Shown: in pieces, positions 21,882-32,147 of the stretch
Layout of the letters: the number at the start of each line of letters is the position of its first letter
How positions within the stretch are numbered: position 1 is the stretch's first letter
From: an uncultured Thermoleophilia bacterium
Lineage (GTDB): Bacteria > Actinomycetota > Thermoleophilia > UBA2241
Length of the DNA stretch: 64,000 bases
Assembly: GCA_963715985.1 (NCBI GenBank)
Contig: CAVQSP010000011.1
Span: 634,279-698,278, forward strand
Reading direction: 5' to 3'
Translations under genes and position numbers: made by a program
Notes under the pieces: model-generated
Told to the model about the DNA's origin: nothing
What the model saw: only the letters and a program-made list of their open reading frames with translations
The model's database searches: none

Positions 21882-22997
21882 GTGAGGGTCCTCTTCCTGA
21901 CAAACGATCTTCCCAGCGGTGGTCTCGAGCGGCAACTCACCCTCCTCGCCACCGGCCTGCCCGCTGACTGGGAGGCACGCGTGTGGGCAATGGACGGAGG
22001 GCCGTTCGAGAGCTGTCTCCGCGAACAGAGCATCCCCGTCGTGGTACGCCCGCGCCGCGCCCGCTTCGACCCGTTTCCCGCGGTCCTGCTGTGGAGAGAG
22101 CTGCGGTCCTGGCGGCCCGATATCGTGCATGCGTGGGGTTGGATGCCGGCTCTGGCAGCGGGACCCCTCTGCCGCTTGCTTGGGATCCCATGCGTGAACG
22201 GCATGATCAGGAGCGGCGCGCTCGAGCCTGACTTCACTCGGCTGAAGCGTCTGGGCATGGCCTCTGCAACGCTCGTCGTTGCGAACTCCAGAGCAGGCCT
22301 GCGGGCATGGGATATCGGGCCGACCAAAGGGCGGCTGGTCTACAACGGCTTCGATCAGTCGCGCCTCCAGTCACTCGATGCGAGTGACGTCGACCCGCCG
22401 GCCGATCCAGAGGAGTTCACGGTGATCATGACCGGACGCATGACGCCCGTGAAGGAGTTCGACGTTGTCATCGAGGCCGCCAGACTCCTCGGCCGTACCG
22501 AACACGGTTGGCGGTTCCTGCTCGTCGGCGACGGACCCGATCGTGAGCGTCTCATGAAGCAGTCGGCTGACCTGGTCGAGAACGGTGTCATCGCCTTCCC
22601 CGAGCCGGCAATGGAGGTCCTCGGACTTGTAGGTCGGGCGGATGTGGGCGTCCTGATGACCAACCCGCAGTTGGCGAACGAGGGGCTCAGCAACTCGATC
22701 ATGGAATACATGGCGCTGGGCCTCCCCGTCGTGTGCGGAGACGGGGGCGGCAATCCGGAATTGGTGCAGGACGGCACGACCGGTTTCATCGTGCCGCCCA
22801 GTGATGCCGGGGAGCTGGCCCGTCGCCTGAGGACCCTGCGCAACGATGCGGGACTCCGCGCCGCCCTGGGCGCGGCCGGCAAGGCCAGGATCATGCACGA
22901 GTTCTCGCTCGAGAGAATGGTGCGGAACATGATCCGCGTCTATGCGGAAGCACTCGACAGGGTGCACGGACCACATCGCGGACCGCATCTGGCGTGA
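21882..22997 (+). CDS. Glycosyltransferase family 4
   Basis: GGLERQ, GRM..VK, EGLSNSIMEYMALG. Confidence 0.9.
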   Translation: MRVLFLTNDLPSGGLERQLTLLATGLPADWEARVWAMDGGPFESCLREQSIPVVVRPRRARFDPFPAVLLWRELRSWRPDIVHAWGWMPALAAGPLCRLLGIPCVNGMIRSGALEPDFTRLKRLGMASATLVVANSRAGLRAWDIGPTKGRLVYNGFDQSRLQSLDASDVDPPADPEEFTVIMTGRMTPVKEFDVVIEAARLLGRTEHGWRFLLVGDGPDRERLMKQSADLVENGVIAFPEPAMEVLGLVGRADVGVLMTNPQLANEGLSNSIMEYMALGLPVVCGDGGGNPELVQDGTTGFIVPPSDAGELARRLRTLRNDAGLRAALGAAGKARIMHEFSLERMVRNMIRVYAEALDRVHGPHRGPHLA

Positions 22998-23078
22998 CTC
23001 CGCAGGCGGACCTCTGACGACCGCTCGGTATGGCCTCGACCTGCGGTACACTTCCGGCAACCGACGATTGGGGTGGCA

Positions 23079-24038
23079 ATGGCCCGCGACCGCGTTCTCG
23101 TCACCGGGGGGGCAGGATTCATCGGCTCCAACCTGGTGGATGCCCTGCTCGCCGACGGCTCCTACACAGTCAGAGTCCTCGACAGCTTCGCCACAGGGCG
23201 GCGTGAGAACCTCGACCACTGCCTCCCCCAGATCGAGCTCGTCGAAGGCGATATCCGCGACGTGGAGACCGTCGAGGAAGCCGTGGACGATGTCCAGCTC
23301 ATCCTTCACGAGGCTGCGCTGCCGTCGGTGAGCCGTTCCGTCAAAGCGCCTGTGACGACGAACGCCGTCAACGTCGAAGGCACCGTCAAACTCCTCAGCG
23401 CTGCGCGGCGTGCCGGCGTCAGGCGGCTCGTGCTTGCCTCTTCCTCCTCCGTGTACGGCGATGGCCACGAGCTTCCGAAGACGGAGGGCATGCAGCCCCG
23501 CCCCATGTCGCCTTACGCAGTCACGAAGCTGGCGGCCGAGAACTTCTGTCGGGTCTTCTCCGAGATCTACGGGTTCGAGACCGTCGCTCTCCGCTACTTC
23601 AACGTCTTTGGCCCCCGGCAGGACCCTACGTCCCAGTACTCCGGGGTGATCGCCAAGTTCATGACATGTGCGCTGCGCGGCGCACCGTACACGGTCTTCG
23701 GAGACGGCACCCAGTCTCGCGACTTCACCTTCATCGACAACGTGGTGCGGGCGAACCTGCTCGCGCTGCGGGCGCCGCGCCTTGCAGGTGAAGCCATCAA
23801 CGTAGCGTGTGGGGACCGCGTGACGCTGCTCGACATGGTCGCCCTGCTGAACACGCTCGTCGGCGCCGACATCCAAGTGACGTTCGTGCCTCCCCGACCG
23901 GGGGAGGTCCAGCATTCGCAGGCGGGCATCGAGCGGGCCACAAGCGTGCTCGGCTACGAGCCCATCGTGGGTTTCGCCGAAGGCTTGGAGCGGACCCTGG
24001 CCTGGTACCGCACTCGGGCGACGGAGACGGCCGACTAG
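23079..24038 (+). CDS. NAD-dependent UDP-sugar 4-epimerase (WbpP/TviC-like SDR)
   Basis: VTGGAGFIGS, HEAALPSV.RS, SSSSVYG, YAVTK, LRYFNVFGPRQDP, GDG.QSRDF. Confidence 0.9.
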   Translation: MARDRVLVTGGAGFIGSNLVDALLADGSYTVRVLDSFATGRRENLDHCLPQIELVEGDIRDVETVEEAVDDVQLILHEAALPSVSRSVKAPVTTNAVNVEGTVKLLSAARRAGVRRLVLASSSSVYGDGHELPKTEGMQPRPMSPYAVTKLAAENFCRVFSEIYGFETVALRYFNVFGPRQDPTSQYSGVIAKFMTCALRGAPYTVFGDGTQSRDFTFIDNVVRANLLALRAPRLAGEAINVACGDRVTLLDMVALLNTLVGADIQVTFVPPRPGEVQHSQAGIERATSVLGYEPIVGFAEGLERTLAWYRTRATETAD

Positions 24039-24048
24039 GGCGACGCCC

Positions 24049-25698
24049 CTAGAAGCGCGTCCTCCAGCGGCACAGGTCCACGACCGTGAGACCTTGCGCC
24101 TGAGCCACCGTGTGGAGCCCGATGAACCCTCCGGCCTTGTTGGGCTCGAGACTGCCTGCCGGTCGTTCGCGGAACTCGTCGCGCGTCAACGCTACGATCT
24201 CGCTGAGCTGGACGCGACCTCCGTAGGACACGCGTGAGTCCTGGGACGGCCGGATCAGACGATGGTCCCGCCTGATGATGCTTCCGGCAGCCCGAGCGCC
24301 AGCCGAGCCCGACGCGATCGGATTCTTGGGATGAGGCTCCCATGCGCCGCTCAAGGGGCTGTCCGCCGAGAACAGGTAGAGGTGAGTAAGCGGCGAACTG
24401 CCGCCGAGTCTGCGAATGGTCGTGAACAGCCACCATCGGCCCTCATGCTCGACCACAGTCGTATCCACTGCGCTTACGTCGTGCATCAGCGTCGTGGCAA
24501 GCGTCCAGCGGAGCGGGAGCTCCTTGGCATGGTAGACGTCGATGCGGCGCGCCTCCGATGACTCCGGGATCATGTACCATTCGCCCTCGAACGCGAACAC
24601 GAATGGATACGAGAGGTGGCAGTCGCTCGCGAGCGCGACCCGGCTCTTGTCGAGGGGTCCGCTCGCCCCGAGTCGCATCGTGGCGATGTGGCCCCTGCCG
24701 CTTCGATAGGAGAACTCCTCGAAGAAGACGTGGTACTCGCCGCCTGCGAACACCACATGTGGATCCGCCCAGTAGCGGTCCACAGGGGGGACGATGAGGC
24801 GCGTGTCGTCGGTGGATGCCAGTGAGTGGGCATCTCCGAAGTGGTAGGCGAGAAGCCATTGCCGCTTGAACGCGACCCGTCTCACTGCGGCCGCGGCAAC
24901 ACGACGCGCGTAGGAGGCCGCCCTGGGCCGGCACTCAGATGGCGCTCTGATGCCACTTCGCGCGTCCTCGTCGGGGGGTGATTCCCTCGCCGACGAGTCC
25001 GCCGGTGGTGCTGCGGGCGCTGCTCGGCTGTCGCCGCGCGCGTGCTCGAGTGCGGCGAGCACAAGTGAAGCGGCGCCCCAGGCAGCCTCGGCACGATTCT
25101 GCTCGGCGTAGACCGATTCGAGCGGAACGTCCGCCACCATCACCAGCCGCTCGCCCACGGAAGCCCCCATCACCGACCTGACCGTGACGGCCACGTGTTC
25201 GAGCTCGTGCCATCTCTCCGCTTCGCCATCGCTCGCAGAGCCGACTCGCCCATTCGGGCTGTCCAGCTGGGGCGAGTACCAGATGCCAAGAGGGAAGTGC
25301 AACCTCCGCGCGGCGTAGGCCCCTCTCGCCAGCCAAGTGCCGGCAGCCACCGCGACGTCTGCAGGAGCCTCTGAGGAAATCGGGTTGCCCGCACGCAGCG
25401 TGTGCACTCGAAGAGCCGGAGCGACCTGTCTGAGGTCGATGAGTGAGAAGGGCTCCTGCGCAGGCGCTCCCCCTCCGAGCCTCAGAGAATGTCGCACGCG
25501 GGCGAGCCGCTCCGCCGACCGCGCGCACGGACCAGCGTTCGCGGGCCGAGTGCCCATGTCCTCGGGAACGACGAGCGCCCAAACGTCGAAGTCGTCGGCG
25601 GCCAGCAAAACGCCCGCGAGCTCAGCCACCCATGCGGGAGCCAGGGGCGAGCGCACCAGCAAGACGACGCGCAGGTTCTGTTGCACCCCATTCGCCAT
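24049..25698 (-). CDS. Protein with a C-terminal GH43-like beta-propeller (bacterial 'glucosamine inositolphosphorylceramide transferase family')
   Basis: WADPHV, FFEEF, HLSYPFVF, YMIPES, VDTT, HPKNPI, R.AG, RPSQD...YG, GLHT. The N-terminal half resembles a degenerate formyltransferase-like domain. Confidence 0.75.
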   Translation of the reverse strand: MANGVQQNLRVVLLVRSPLAPAWVAELAGVLLAADDFDVWALVVPEDMGTRPANAGPCARSAERLARVRHSLRLGGGAPAQEPFSLIDLRQVAPALRVHTLRAGNPISSEAPADVAVAAGTWLARGAYAARRLHFPLGIWYSPQLDSPNGRVGSASDGEAERWHELEHVAVTVRSVMGASVGERLVMVADVPLESVYAEQNRAEAAWGAASLVLAALEHARGDSRAAPAAPPADSSARESPPDEDARSGIRAPSECRPRAASYARRVAAAAVRRVAFKRQWLLAYHFGDAHSLASTDDTRLIVPPVDRYWADPHVVFAGGEYHVFFEEFSYRSGRGHIATMRLGASGPLDKSRVALASDCHLSYPFVFAFEGEWYMIPESSEARRIDVYHAKELPLRWTLATTLMHDVSAVDTTVVEHEGRWWLFTTIRRLGGSSPLTHLYLFSADSPLSGAWEPHPKNPIASGSAGARAAGSIIRRDHRLIRPSQDSRVSYGGRVQLSEIVALTRDEFRERPAGSLEPNKAGGFIGLHTVAQAQGLTVVDLCRWRTRF

Positions 25699-25922
25699 CA
25701 AGTCACCTCCGGGTCCGAGCCAAAAGGCTTGCCTGCTGCTGGAGTCTAGTCGATTCGCATTCCGCCGCAGGCCCGTACTAAGTGCTGTGCATGGTCCGGT
25801 TGCGGCTCCGGGCACCGCCAGGGCTGCACGACGCGTCCGCTGGACTCCTCCCGGGTGGATGCAGGTGTCGGGAGGTATACTCGCCAAACGCCGGCTGGGC
25901 TGGATCAGTGGTCGGTGAGCAC

Positions 25923-27233
25923 GTGACGGATTCGAAGGAGATCCGCTGTGATCATCCTCTTGCTCAGGGCGGCGTCGGCCGGGCCTCACCGGCCGACGTG
26001 ACGACCGTGAATGCAGACGAAACGGCCCGCCGTCAGCTCCCTCCCGTCATTCTGATAGGTGGGGCGGCCGGCAACGCGTTGTCCATCGCGAGGAGCCTGG
26101 GGCGCCGTGGCGTTCCCGTCTACCTTCTCAGCGCTCCCGACTCGCCCGTCACCTACTCCCGATACGCTCGTCGCATCGCTCACGCACACGACGAGAACCG
26201 GCAGGACGCTTGGGCGGCGTACCTACTTGGTCCTGAGTCAGAACCCCTGCGCGGCGCCGTCGTGCTTGCCTGCTCTGACGCGGGCATCGAGATTCTCACG
26301 GAACACCGGGAACAGCTAGCCAAGAAGTTCGCCGTCGACATCTCGGACCCGGAAGCGCAGCTCTGCTTCCTCAACAAACTATGCACCTACGAGAAGGCGA
26401 GGGAGGCGGGCATTCCCGCGCCGCTCTTTTGGAGGGCTGAGAGCGAAGAGCAGGTCCGTGCGCAGAGGGCCGAGTACGTCTACCCTCTACTGCTCAAGCC
26501 CCTCTACTCCCACAAGTTCGCCGCGGTCACCCCCGACAAGTTCATCAGGGTCGCGGCCTACGATGAGCTGATTGCGACGTACCGAAAGGTGAACAGCCTG
26601 GGTGTCGAGATCGTGCTGCTCGAGGACATCCCGGGGCCGGATGACAGGCTCTGCAGCTACTACACGTATATCGATGAGGGTGGACTGCCCTTGTTCGACC
26701 TGACCAAACGGGTCATCCGTCGTTATCCTGCCAACCAGGGACTTGCCTGCTACCACGTCACCGACCGCAACCCAGAGGTGCGTGAACTCGGACTCAAGCT
26801 GCTGCTGCACGTGGGCCTTCGCGGCCTCGCCAACGTCGAGTTCAAACGCGACGTGAGGGACGGCGAGCTGAAGGTCATCGAGTGCAATGCCCGCTTCACC
26901 GCCGCCAACGCCCTGGTCGCGGCGAGCGGCTACGACCTGGGGTGCTTCGTGTACAACCGACTGGCGGGAGTGCCTCAACCTCCATTTCAAGGGCGGCCGT
27001 ACGTGGAGGGGCTGCACATGTGGTATCCGATCGAGGACTTCCGCGCATTCCTGCAGCTCCATTCGCGAGGCGAGCTGACCCTCGGCAACTGGGCCCTAGG
27101 CGTGACCCACCGACAGGTGTTCCCCTACTTTCGCTGGGACGACCCGGTTCCGTCGCTGAGGCAACTCGCGCACTACGGCCAACGGGCGTATCAGCTGGGG
27201 GCCGGTCGTCTCCTTCGAGACCGCTGTCACTGA
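25923..27233 (+). CDS. ATP-grasp carboxylate-amine ligase (D-aspartate-ligase-like)
   Basis: ALSIARSLGRRG, ACSD, NK..TY, YP.LLKP, EDIPG.D, G..NVEFKRD.RDG..K.IECNARF. Start is approximate. Confidence 0.85.
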   Translation: MTDSKEIRCDHPLAQGGVGRASPADVTTVNADETARRQLPPVILIGGAAGNALSIARSLGRRGVPVYLLSAPDSPVTYSRYARRIAHAHDENRQDAWAAYLLGPESEPLRGAVVLACSDAGIEILTEHREQLAKKFAVDISDPEAQLCFLNKLCTYEKAREAGIPAPLFWRAESEEQVRAQRAEYVYPLLLKPLYSHKFAAVTPDKFIRVAAYDELIATYRKVNSLGVEIVLLEDIPGPDDRLCSYYTYIDEGGLPLFDLTKRVIRRYPANQGLACYHVTDRNPEVRELGLKLLLHVGLRGLANVEFKRDVRDGELKVIECNARFTAANALVAASGYDLGCFVYNRLAGVPQPPFQGRPYVEGLHMWYPIEDFRAFLQLHSRGELTLGNWALGVTHRQVFPYFRWDDPVPSLRQLAHYGQRAYQLGAGRLLRDRCH

Positions 27234-27243
27234 AGAGCCGGCG

Positions 27244-28321
27244 TCACAACGCCGGCGCGACTTCGCCGTCCAGCTGCGCCTGCGGGTCAATGACCCGGCC
27301 GAGTTCCGTGAGCTCCTCGTACAGCGGTACCGGCAGAGGAATGCCCGCGGTGCGGCGGTGCACTTCAGTCCGATACGCGATCTCCCCAGGGATCATCATC
27401 TCGGCCGAGTCGTCGAGCATCGGCGAGGCTTTTACGGCCGCGACGAACTCGCCCATACGCTCACGCACCTCATCCGGCGAGGCGATGGACGACATGTCCA
27501 TCGCGATCATCATGTGCCCCGTCTGTCCCGTCGTTGCCTCGTCGAACATGCTCGTCAGCGCCGTTCCGAACGGCCCTCCTACGAGCACACCGCAGAGAAT
27601 ATCGACGACGTAGGCAAGGCCAAGACCCTTGATGCCGCCGGCCGCAGCGTAGAAGCCGGCAAAGGCTTCATCAGGATCGTCGGTCGGATGACCATTTCGA
27701 TCTGTCGCCCAACCGAGGGGAATCCGCTCGCCCCTCTTGCTGGCCAGCAGGAGCTTGCCGCCGGCTACTGCCGAAAGAGACATGTCGAGCACGAAGGGAA
27801 AGGCTCCGGTACGTGGGGACGGCAATGCTGACGGGGTTGCTGCCGGTGATCGGCCTGCTGCCTCCCGGCGCAACAACCTTGGCGACGGAGTTGCTCATGG
27901 CGATGCCGACGAGGCCACGTTCTGCGGCAAGCCTCGTGTAGAGGCCCGCGGCACCGAAGTGGTTGCTGTTCACGGCTGCGACACAGCCAAGCCCACACTC
28001 AGCGGCAAGCGAGACCGCGCGAAGCATCGCATCCCTCGCGACGAGGAACCCCATGCCGGCATCACCGTCGAGAAGCTCGATGGCGCCGGCGCCGCGGGCT
28101 CTTCCTATCGACGGCCTGGGGTTCACACCGCCGCTTCTGAGGCGGCTCAGGTATGCTGGGAGCCGCAGGACGCCGTGGGAGTCGATGCCCCACAGGTTCG
28201 CCTGCACCAGGCATCGTGCACAGAATCGAGCGTCGTCCGGGGGCATGGCCGCGCTCTCGAAGACCCGGGCGACGAATGACTTCAGCGCCTGCGCCTGGAC
28301 CAGGACGTTACGCTCGGTCAT
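27244..28321 (-). CDS. Ldh_2 family oxidoreductase (malate/L-lactate/ureidoglycolate/DpkA-type), frameshift near 27,810
   Basis: ANLWGIDSHG..RL..Y, NSNHFGAAG.Y, G.NP..IA.P, LDMS.S..A.GK, G.PTDDP, KG.GL, IPGE. Confidence 0.9.
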
Positions 28322-29397
28322 CAGTCCCGCTGGCTTGTCGAGAGCCGCGTCAGGATCATCAACGCGACGTCCGTGGGGCCGGGCCTCTTCATGTAGTGAT
28401 AGTACAGCGCGGGCGTCGTGTTGACTTCGAGGACGACGCCGCCGGACTCCTTGAGAGGCACACGGGGGTCGGTGCAGATGATGTCGACCCCAGCGAGGCG
28501 GACTCCCACGGCACCCGCGGCACGTGCACCGGTGTCGACTATCGCGTCACACAGCCGATCTGCGGCCGATTCGTTGTCCTCCGCTCGATTGTCGCTGACG
28601 ACGCGTTTGAGTCTCACTCTCTCACCGATTCTCGGGACGCTACGAGCGGACATGCCGCTCTCAGCCAGAGTACGGCGAAGCTCCCCATCTGACCGCATGA
28701 GCCTCTGGCTGCCCGCAATGCCGCGCTCGGTGCGCAGTCGGTTCTCCCGGGCGATGAGTTCCTTGAGCGTCGCCTTCCCGTCGCCACACACCGCCGGAGA
28801 CGATCTCTGCACGGCGTCAAGCAGTTCGCCATCGAGGTAGAGCAGTCGGTACTCCTCACCGTCGACCTGCTCTTCGACCACGACGTCCGAGCAGTGAGCG
28901 CCGGCCGAAGCCATTGCCGACGCCAGATGCAGCCGACTCACGGCTCCGGTAGTGACGCCCGACCCCCCGGCCGTGCCGCGCGCCGGCTTCACCACGCAGG
29001 GCTTGCCAAGTACCTTGGCGAACCGCCAGGCCGTCGTCAGGTCGGTGGCCCTGCAGAGCATGTGTCTTGGAGTCGGGATGCCCTCACATCCAAGCAGGCG
29101 ATACACCAGGTGTTTGTCCCCCGCCACGTTGAGAGTGACCGGGTCATCCAGGGAGGTCACGTGGCGTCGAACGCGCATGCCTGCTCCGGCAATGTGAATC
29201 TCCAGCGAACATCCGCCGAGATCGAGGATCTCGGCGCCGCACGCCTGCGCCGCGTTCTTCCAGACGGTGCAGTAGAAAGCGGCTCGCTGCCTGTCGAGTG
29301 CTTGCGCTGAGGGCGCGCGGCGACGGACAACGTCGCCGACCCTGTGCATGGCAGACAGCGCGGCGAGAGCGGCGGCGGTGGCTTGCAGGGCCATCAT
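28321..29397 (-). CDS. Stand-alone ATP-grasp protein resembling the cyanophycin synthetase/GshAB ATP-grasp domain
   Basis: AGDK...Y.LL...GIPTP, P.VVKP..G..G.GVT, VVEEQV.G.EYRL, LAGVDII, VLEVNTTPAL..H. No Mur-ligase domain follows. Confidence 0.8.
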   Translation of the reverse strand: MMALQATAAALAALSAMHRVGDVVRRRAPSAQALDRQRAAFYCTVWKNAAQACGAEILDLGGCSLEIHIAGAGMRVRRHVTSLDDPVTLNVAGDKHLVYRLLGCEGIPTPRHMLCRATDLTTAWRFAKVLGKPCVVKPARGTAGGSGVTTGAVSRLHLASAMASAGAHCSDVVVEEQVDGEEYRLLYLDGELLDAVQRSSPAVCGDGKATLKELIARENRLRTERGIAGSQRLMRSDGELRRTLAESGMSARSVPRIGERVRLKRVVSDNRAEDNESAADRLCDAIVDTGARAAGAVGVRLAGVDIICTDPRVPLKESGGVVLEVNTTPALYYHYMKRPGPTDVALMILTRLSTSQRD

Positions 29398-29404
29398 CGC
29401 ATCC

Positions 29405-30136
29405 CTATGGGTCGATGATGCAGCCGGTCTCGTCGAGCAAGTCCTTGACCCACTGGTTGGAGAAGATGCCCTGCTTCACCCCGGCAATGTAGTCGGCATT
29501 CGCCTTCATGTGGTGGAGCAGCCGCCCGAGGATCTCCTCGGCGCCGTCTTTCGGCACCACGACGACACCGAAGCAGTCGCCCACCATGATGTCGCCGGGG
29601 TGCACGACGACACCGCCGCAGCACACGGGATAGTTGATCTCACCCGGGCCGCGGTGGAGAGGCCCGATCGGTGTTGTTCCACGGGCGAACACGGGGAGAT
29701 CGACCGGCAAGATCTCCGGCAGATCGCGGATGTAGCCATCCACGATGAACCCCACTATGCCGCGATGCCGCGCCTTGGTGGAGATGAGCTCGCCGAGGGC
29801 AGCGTTGAGCCCGGACCCGCCGGCGTCGACCACGACGACGTCGCCAGGGCGTGCGATGTCGAGCGACGCATGGACCATCAGATTGTCCCCAGGGAAGACC
29901 TTGACAGTGCAGGCCGGCGCGACGATCTGATGGTGCGAACCCGTCAGACACCGTATCTCTGCGGCCACCGCGTACAGACGGTTGGTCTGGTCCGAGATCT
30001 CGGGAGACTGGAACTGCGCGAACTGCTGCGTCAGCTCCGGCGCTGGTCGTTCGAAGGACGTCTTGATTCTGAAGCCGGGGCCGGGGTTGATTTCAGCCGA
30101 CTTGGGCTTGTTGGGGGGTGCAGTAGACGATTCCAT
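29405..30136 (-). CDS. RraA family protein (HMG/CHA aldolase-like)
   Basis: ISD, A.TVKVFPGDN, PGDVVVVD, A.LGEL, DGYIRD, CGGVVVHPGD..VGD..GVVVVP. Confidence 0.9.
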   Translation of the reverse strand: MESSTAPPNKPKSAEINPGPGFRIKTSFERPAPELTQQFAQFQSPEISDQTNRLYAVAAEIRCLTGSHHQIVAPACTVKVFPGDNLMVHASLDIARPGDVVVVDAGGSGLNAALGELISTKARHRGIVGFIVDGYIRDLPEILPVDLPVFARGTTPIGPLHRGPGEINYPVCCGGVVVHPGDIMVGDCFGVVVVPKDGAEEILGRLLHHMKANADYIAGVKQGIFSNQWVKDLLDETGCIIDP

Positions 30137-30737
30137 CGGACGCTCCTCCGGATGCTGGCAGGACTCGCGCAGGATGATCGGGCACCCGGCGTTGTGAGCC
30201 TGCGTTGTACGGCCACTCCACGTCCCACCGCGTCAGTATACTTCGCGGTGTGCCGCGAGGGTGCAAGGCACGCGCCTGCAGGTCCAGTGCGATGCGTGAG
30301 GTGAGTCCATATGCGTCGGTGCGATCTGCGACCCGCCCGGGCCGGGGGGCGGCACCTGGACCATGGCCGCGCGGTACAGGCCAGCACTGATACGGCAGCT
30401 GCCGCCGGGGTACGCACTGGTACACCCGGTGGTGGCTTCCCAGCGGCAAGGAATCGCCCGTACGTCGAGCTCGCCGAGGCGTGCGAGCCGTGTGTTTCGC
30501 CGAGGCGGGCCCTGCATCCACTAGAATAGGAAGGCGCCTGACCATCCGAACACCGGGTCGAGACTTGAGAGGAATCCCAATCGCGTCACGTGACCATCAC
30601 TCACTCGTCGGGGCACGAGGATGCGGCCCGAGGAAGCGCCCGCCGATGTGTTTGCCCGCGTGGGCTGAGTCTCGGGCCGTTGGGCACGGCACGGGGCGCG
30701 GTGACCCCCGGCATCTCAAGCTCCCTACAGCGAGTCA

Positions 30738-32147
30738 GTGAACGAACGCGCCCCTTGTGGCTGCCCGCGAACCCTGATCGTCGGGAAGGGATTCGACCGA
30801 TCATCCGGGGTCGGGATCACCCTCACCAGTCTGTTCCGCGATTGGCCCAGGAACCGACTCGCAGCTGCATGTGCGGCGAGCGAGACCATGGACACCAGCG
30901 TCTGCGAGATCTACTACGCGCTGGGGTCGGAGGAAGCTGGGTGGGTCTGGCCCATCTCCCGCTACGAACGGCCGGTACCCTCGGGCCCAGTCCTTCGGCC
31001 AACCGCTGACGGCGGCGAGCGGCGGCCCGATGCGAGTGTGGACGATCGTGGACGCCGCCACGGCCAAACCTACATGGGTCTCGCACGCCGAGCCTCATGG
31101 GCAGCTCTGGTTGCCAGCGGCGCCGAGCACTTCCTCAGACGCCTCAGCGTGTCCGCGAGGCTCGCGGCGTGGATCCGTGCCTTTCGACCCGACATCCTCT
31201 ATACGCACCTCGAGTCGCTGCCCATGATCCGTTTTGTCGACAGCCTCGTCACGCAGTTCGATCTGCCTCTGGTCATTCATATGATGGACGACTGGCCGTC
31301 GGTGCCTGAACATGGGGGGCTTCTCAGCCCCTTGACACGGCGGGTCATCGACAGAGACCTGCGTCGGCTGATGGCCAAGGCAGCCTGCAACATGGCCATC
31401 AGTCAGTACATGTGTGACGCGTTCGAGGCGAGGTACGGCCACGTCTTCCTGCCGTTCCACAACGTGCTGGACGCGCGGTCGTGGAGCGTCGCTCCTCGAG
31501 CTGACTGGAAGGCAGGCAAGTCGTTCCGGCTCGTGTACGCCGGACGGGTAGGGAAGGCGAACGAGGCGGCCTTGCGGGACGTAGCGGTCGTGGTCGCAGC
31601 GCTCGCTGACCAGGGTCTGGCCATCAATCTGGAGATATACGCGCTGGCGCGAGCACCCTTCCCCCCCGGCACGTGGCCCGATTCCCCGGCGGTCCGGCTT
31701 CTTCCCGCAGTCGCCTACGCGGATATCCCCGGCTTGCTGGTGGAGGCGGATCTGCTCGTGCTGCCCCTCGACTTCTCGCAGAAGGATCTGGCGTACGCCC
31801 GGTACTCGATGCCCACCAAGGTGGCCGAGTATCTCGGCTCGGGCACGCCCATACTCGTCTACTGCCCGGAGGACACCGCCGTGGGCCACTACGCGCGGAG
31901 CGCAGGCTGGGGGGCACTTGTGGGGAGCAGGGATCGCGACGCCCTCTCGCGGACGATCGTCCGTCTGGCGCGCGATGAGCAAGAGCGCGCGCGTCTTGGA
32001 CGGATCGCTCTGTGCGTGGCTCAGGCTGACCACGACCCGTCCCGCGTCCGCGCGGAGTTCGCGCGAGCACTCTCCGACGCCTCCGGGACACGCTCGGCAA
32101 GGCGAGGCCGGGAGCGGCCACCCTCGACTACTGAAGGCGTCCGATGA
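30738..32147 (+). CDS. Glycosyltransferase family 4-like
   Basis: PDILYT, HMMDDW, YAGR, ADLLVLP, SMPTK.AEYL.SG.P. Confidence 0.85.
   Translation: MNERAPCGCPRTLIVGKGFDRSSGVGITLTSLFRDWPRNRLAAACAASETMDTSVCEIYYALGSEEAGWVWPISRYERPVPSGPVLRPTADGGERRPDASVDDRGRRHGQTYMGLARRASWAALVASGAEHFLRRLSVSARLAAWIRAFRPDILYTHLESLPMIRFVDSLVTQFDLPLVIHMMDDWPSVPEHGGLLSPLTRRVIDRDLRRLMAKAACNMAISQYMCDAFEARYGHVFLPFHNVLDARSWSVAPRADWKAGKSFRLVYAGRVGKANEAALRDVAVVVAALADQGLAINLEIYALARAPFPPGTWPDSPAVRLLPAVAYADIPGLLVEADLLVLPLDFSQKDLAYARYSMPTKVAEYLGSGTPILVYCPEDTAVGHYARSAGWGALVGSRDRDALSRTIVRLARDEQERARLGRIALCVAQADHDPSRVRAEFARALSDASGTRSARRGRERPPSTTEGVR

Noticed and set aside
28321-29397. Cyanophycin synthesis
   Set aside because: Only the ATP-grasp-like part is present; there is no Mur-ligase domain and no cyanophycinase.
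16990-30737. RiPP cluster (lasso peptide via AsnB, graspetide via ATP-grasp)
   Set aside because: AsnB has a full N-terminal Cys glutaminase domain. I found no B1/B2 proteins or convincing precursor ORF, and the context is entirely polysaccharide biosynthesis.
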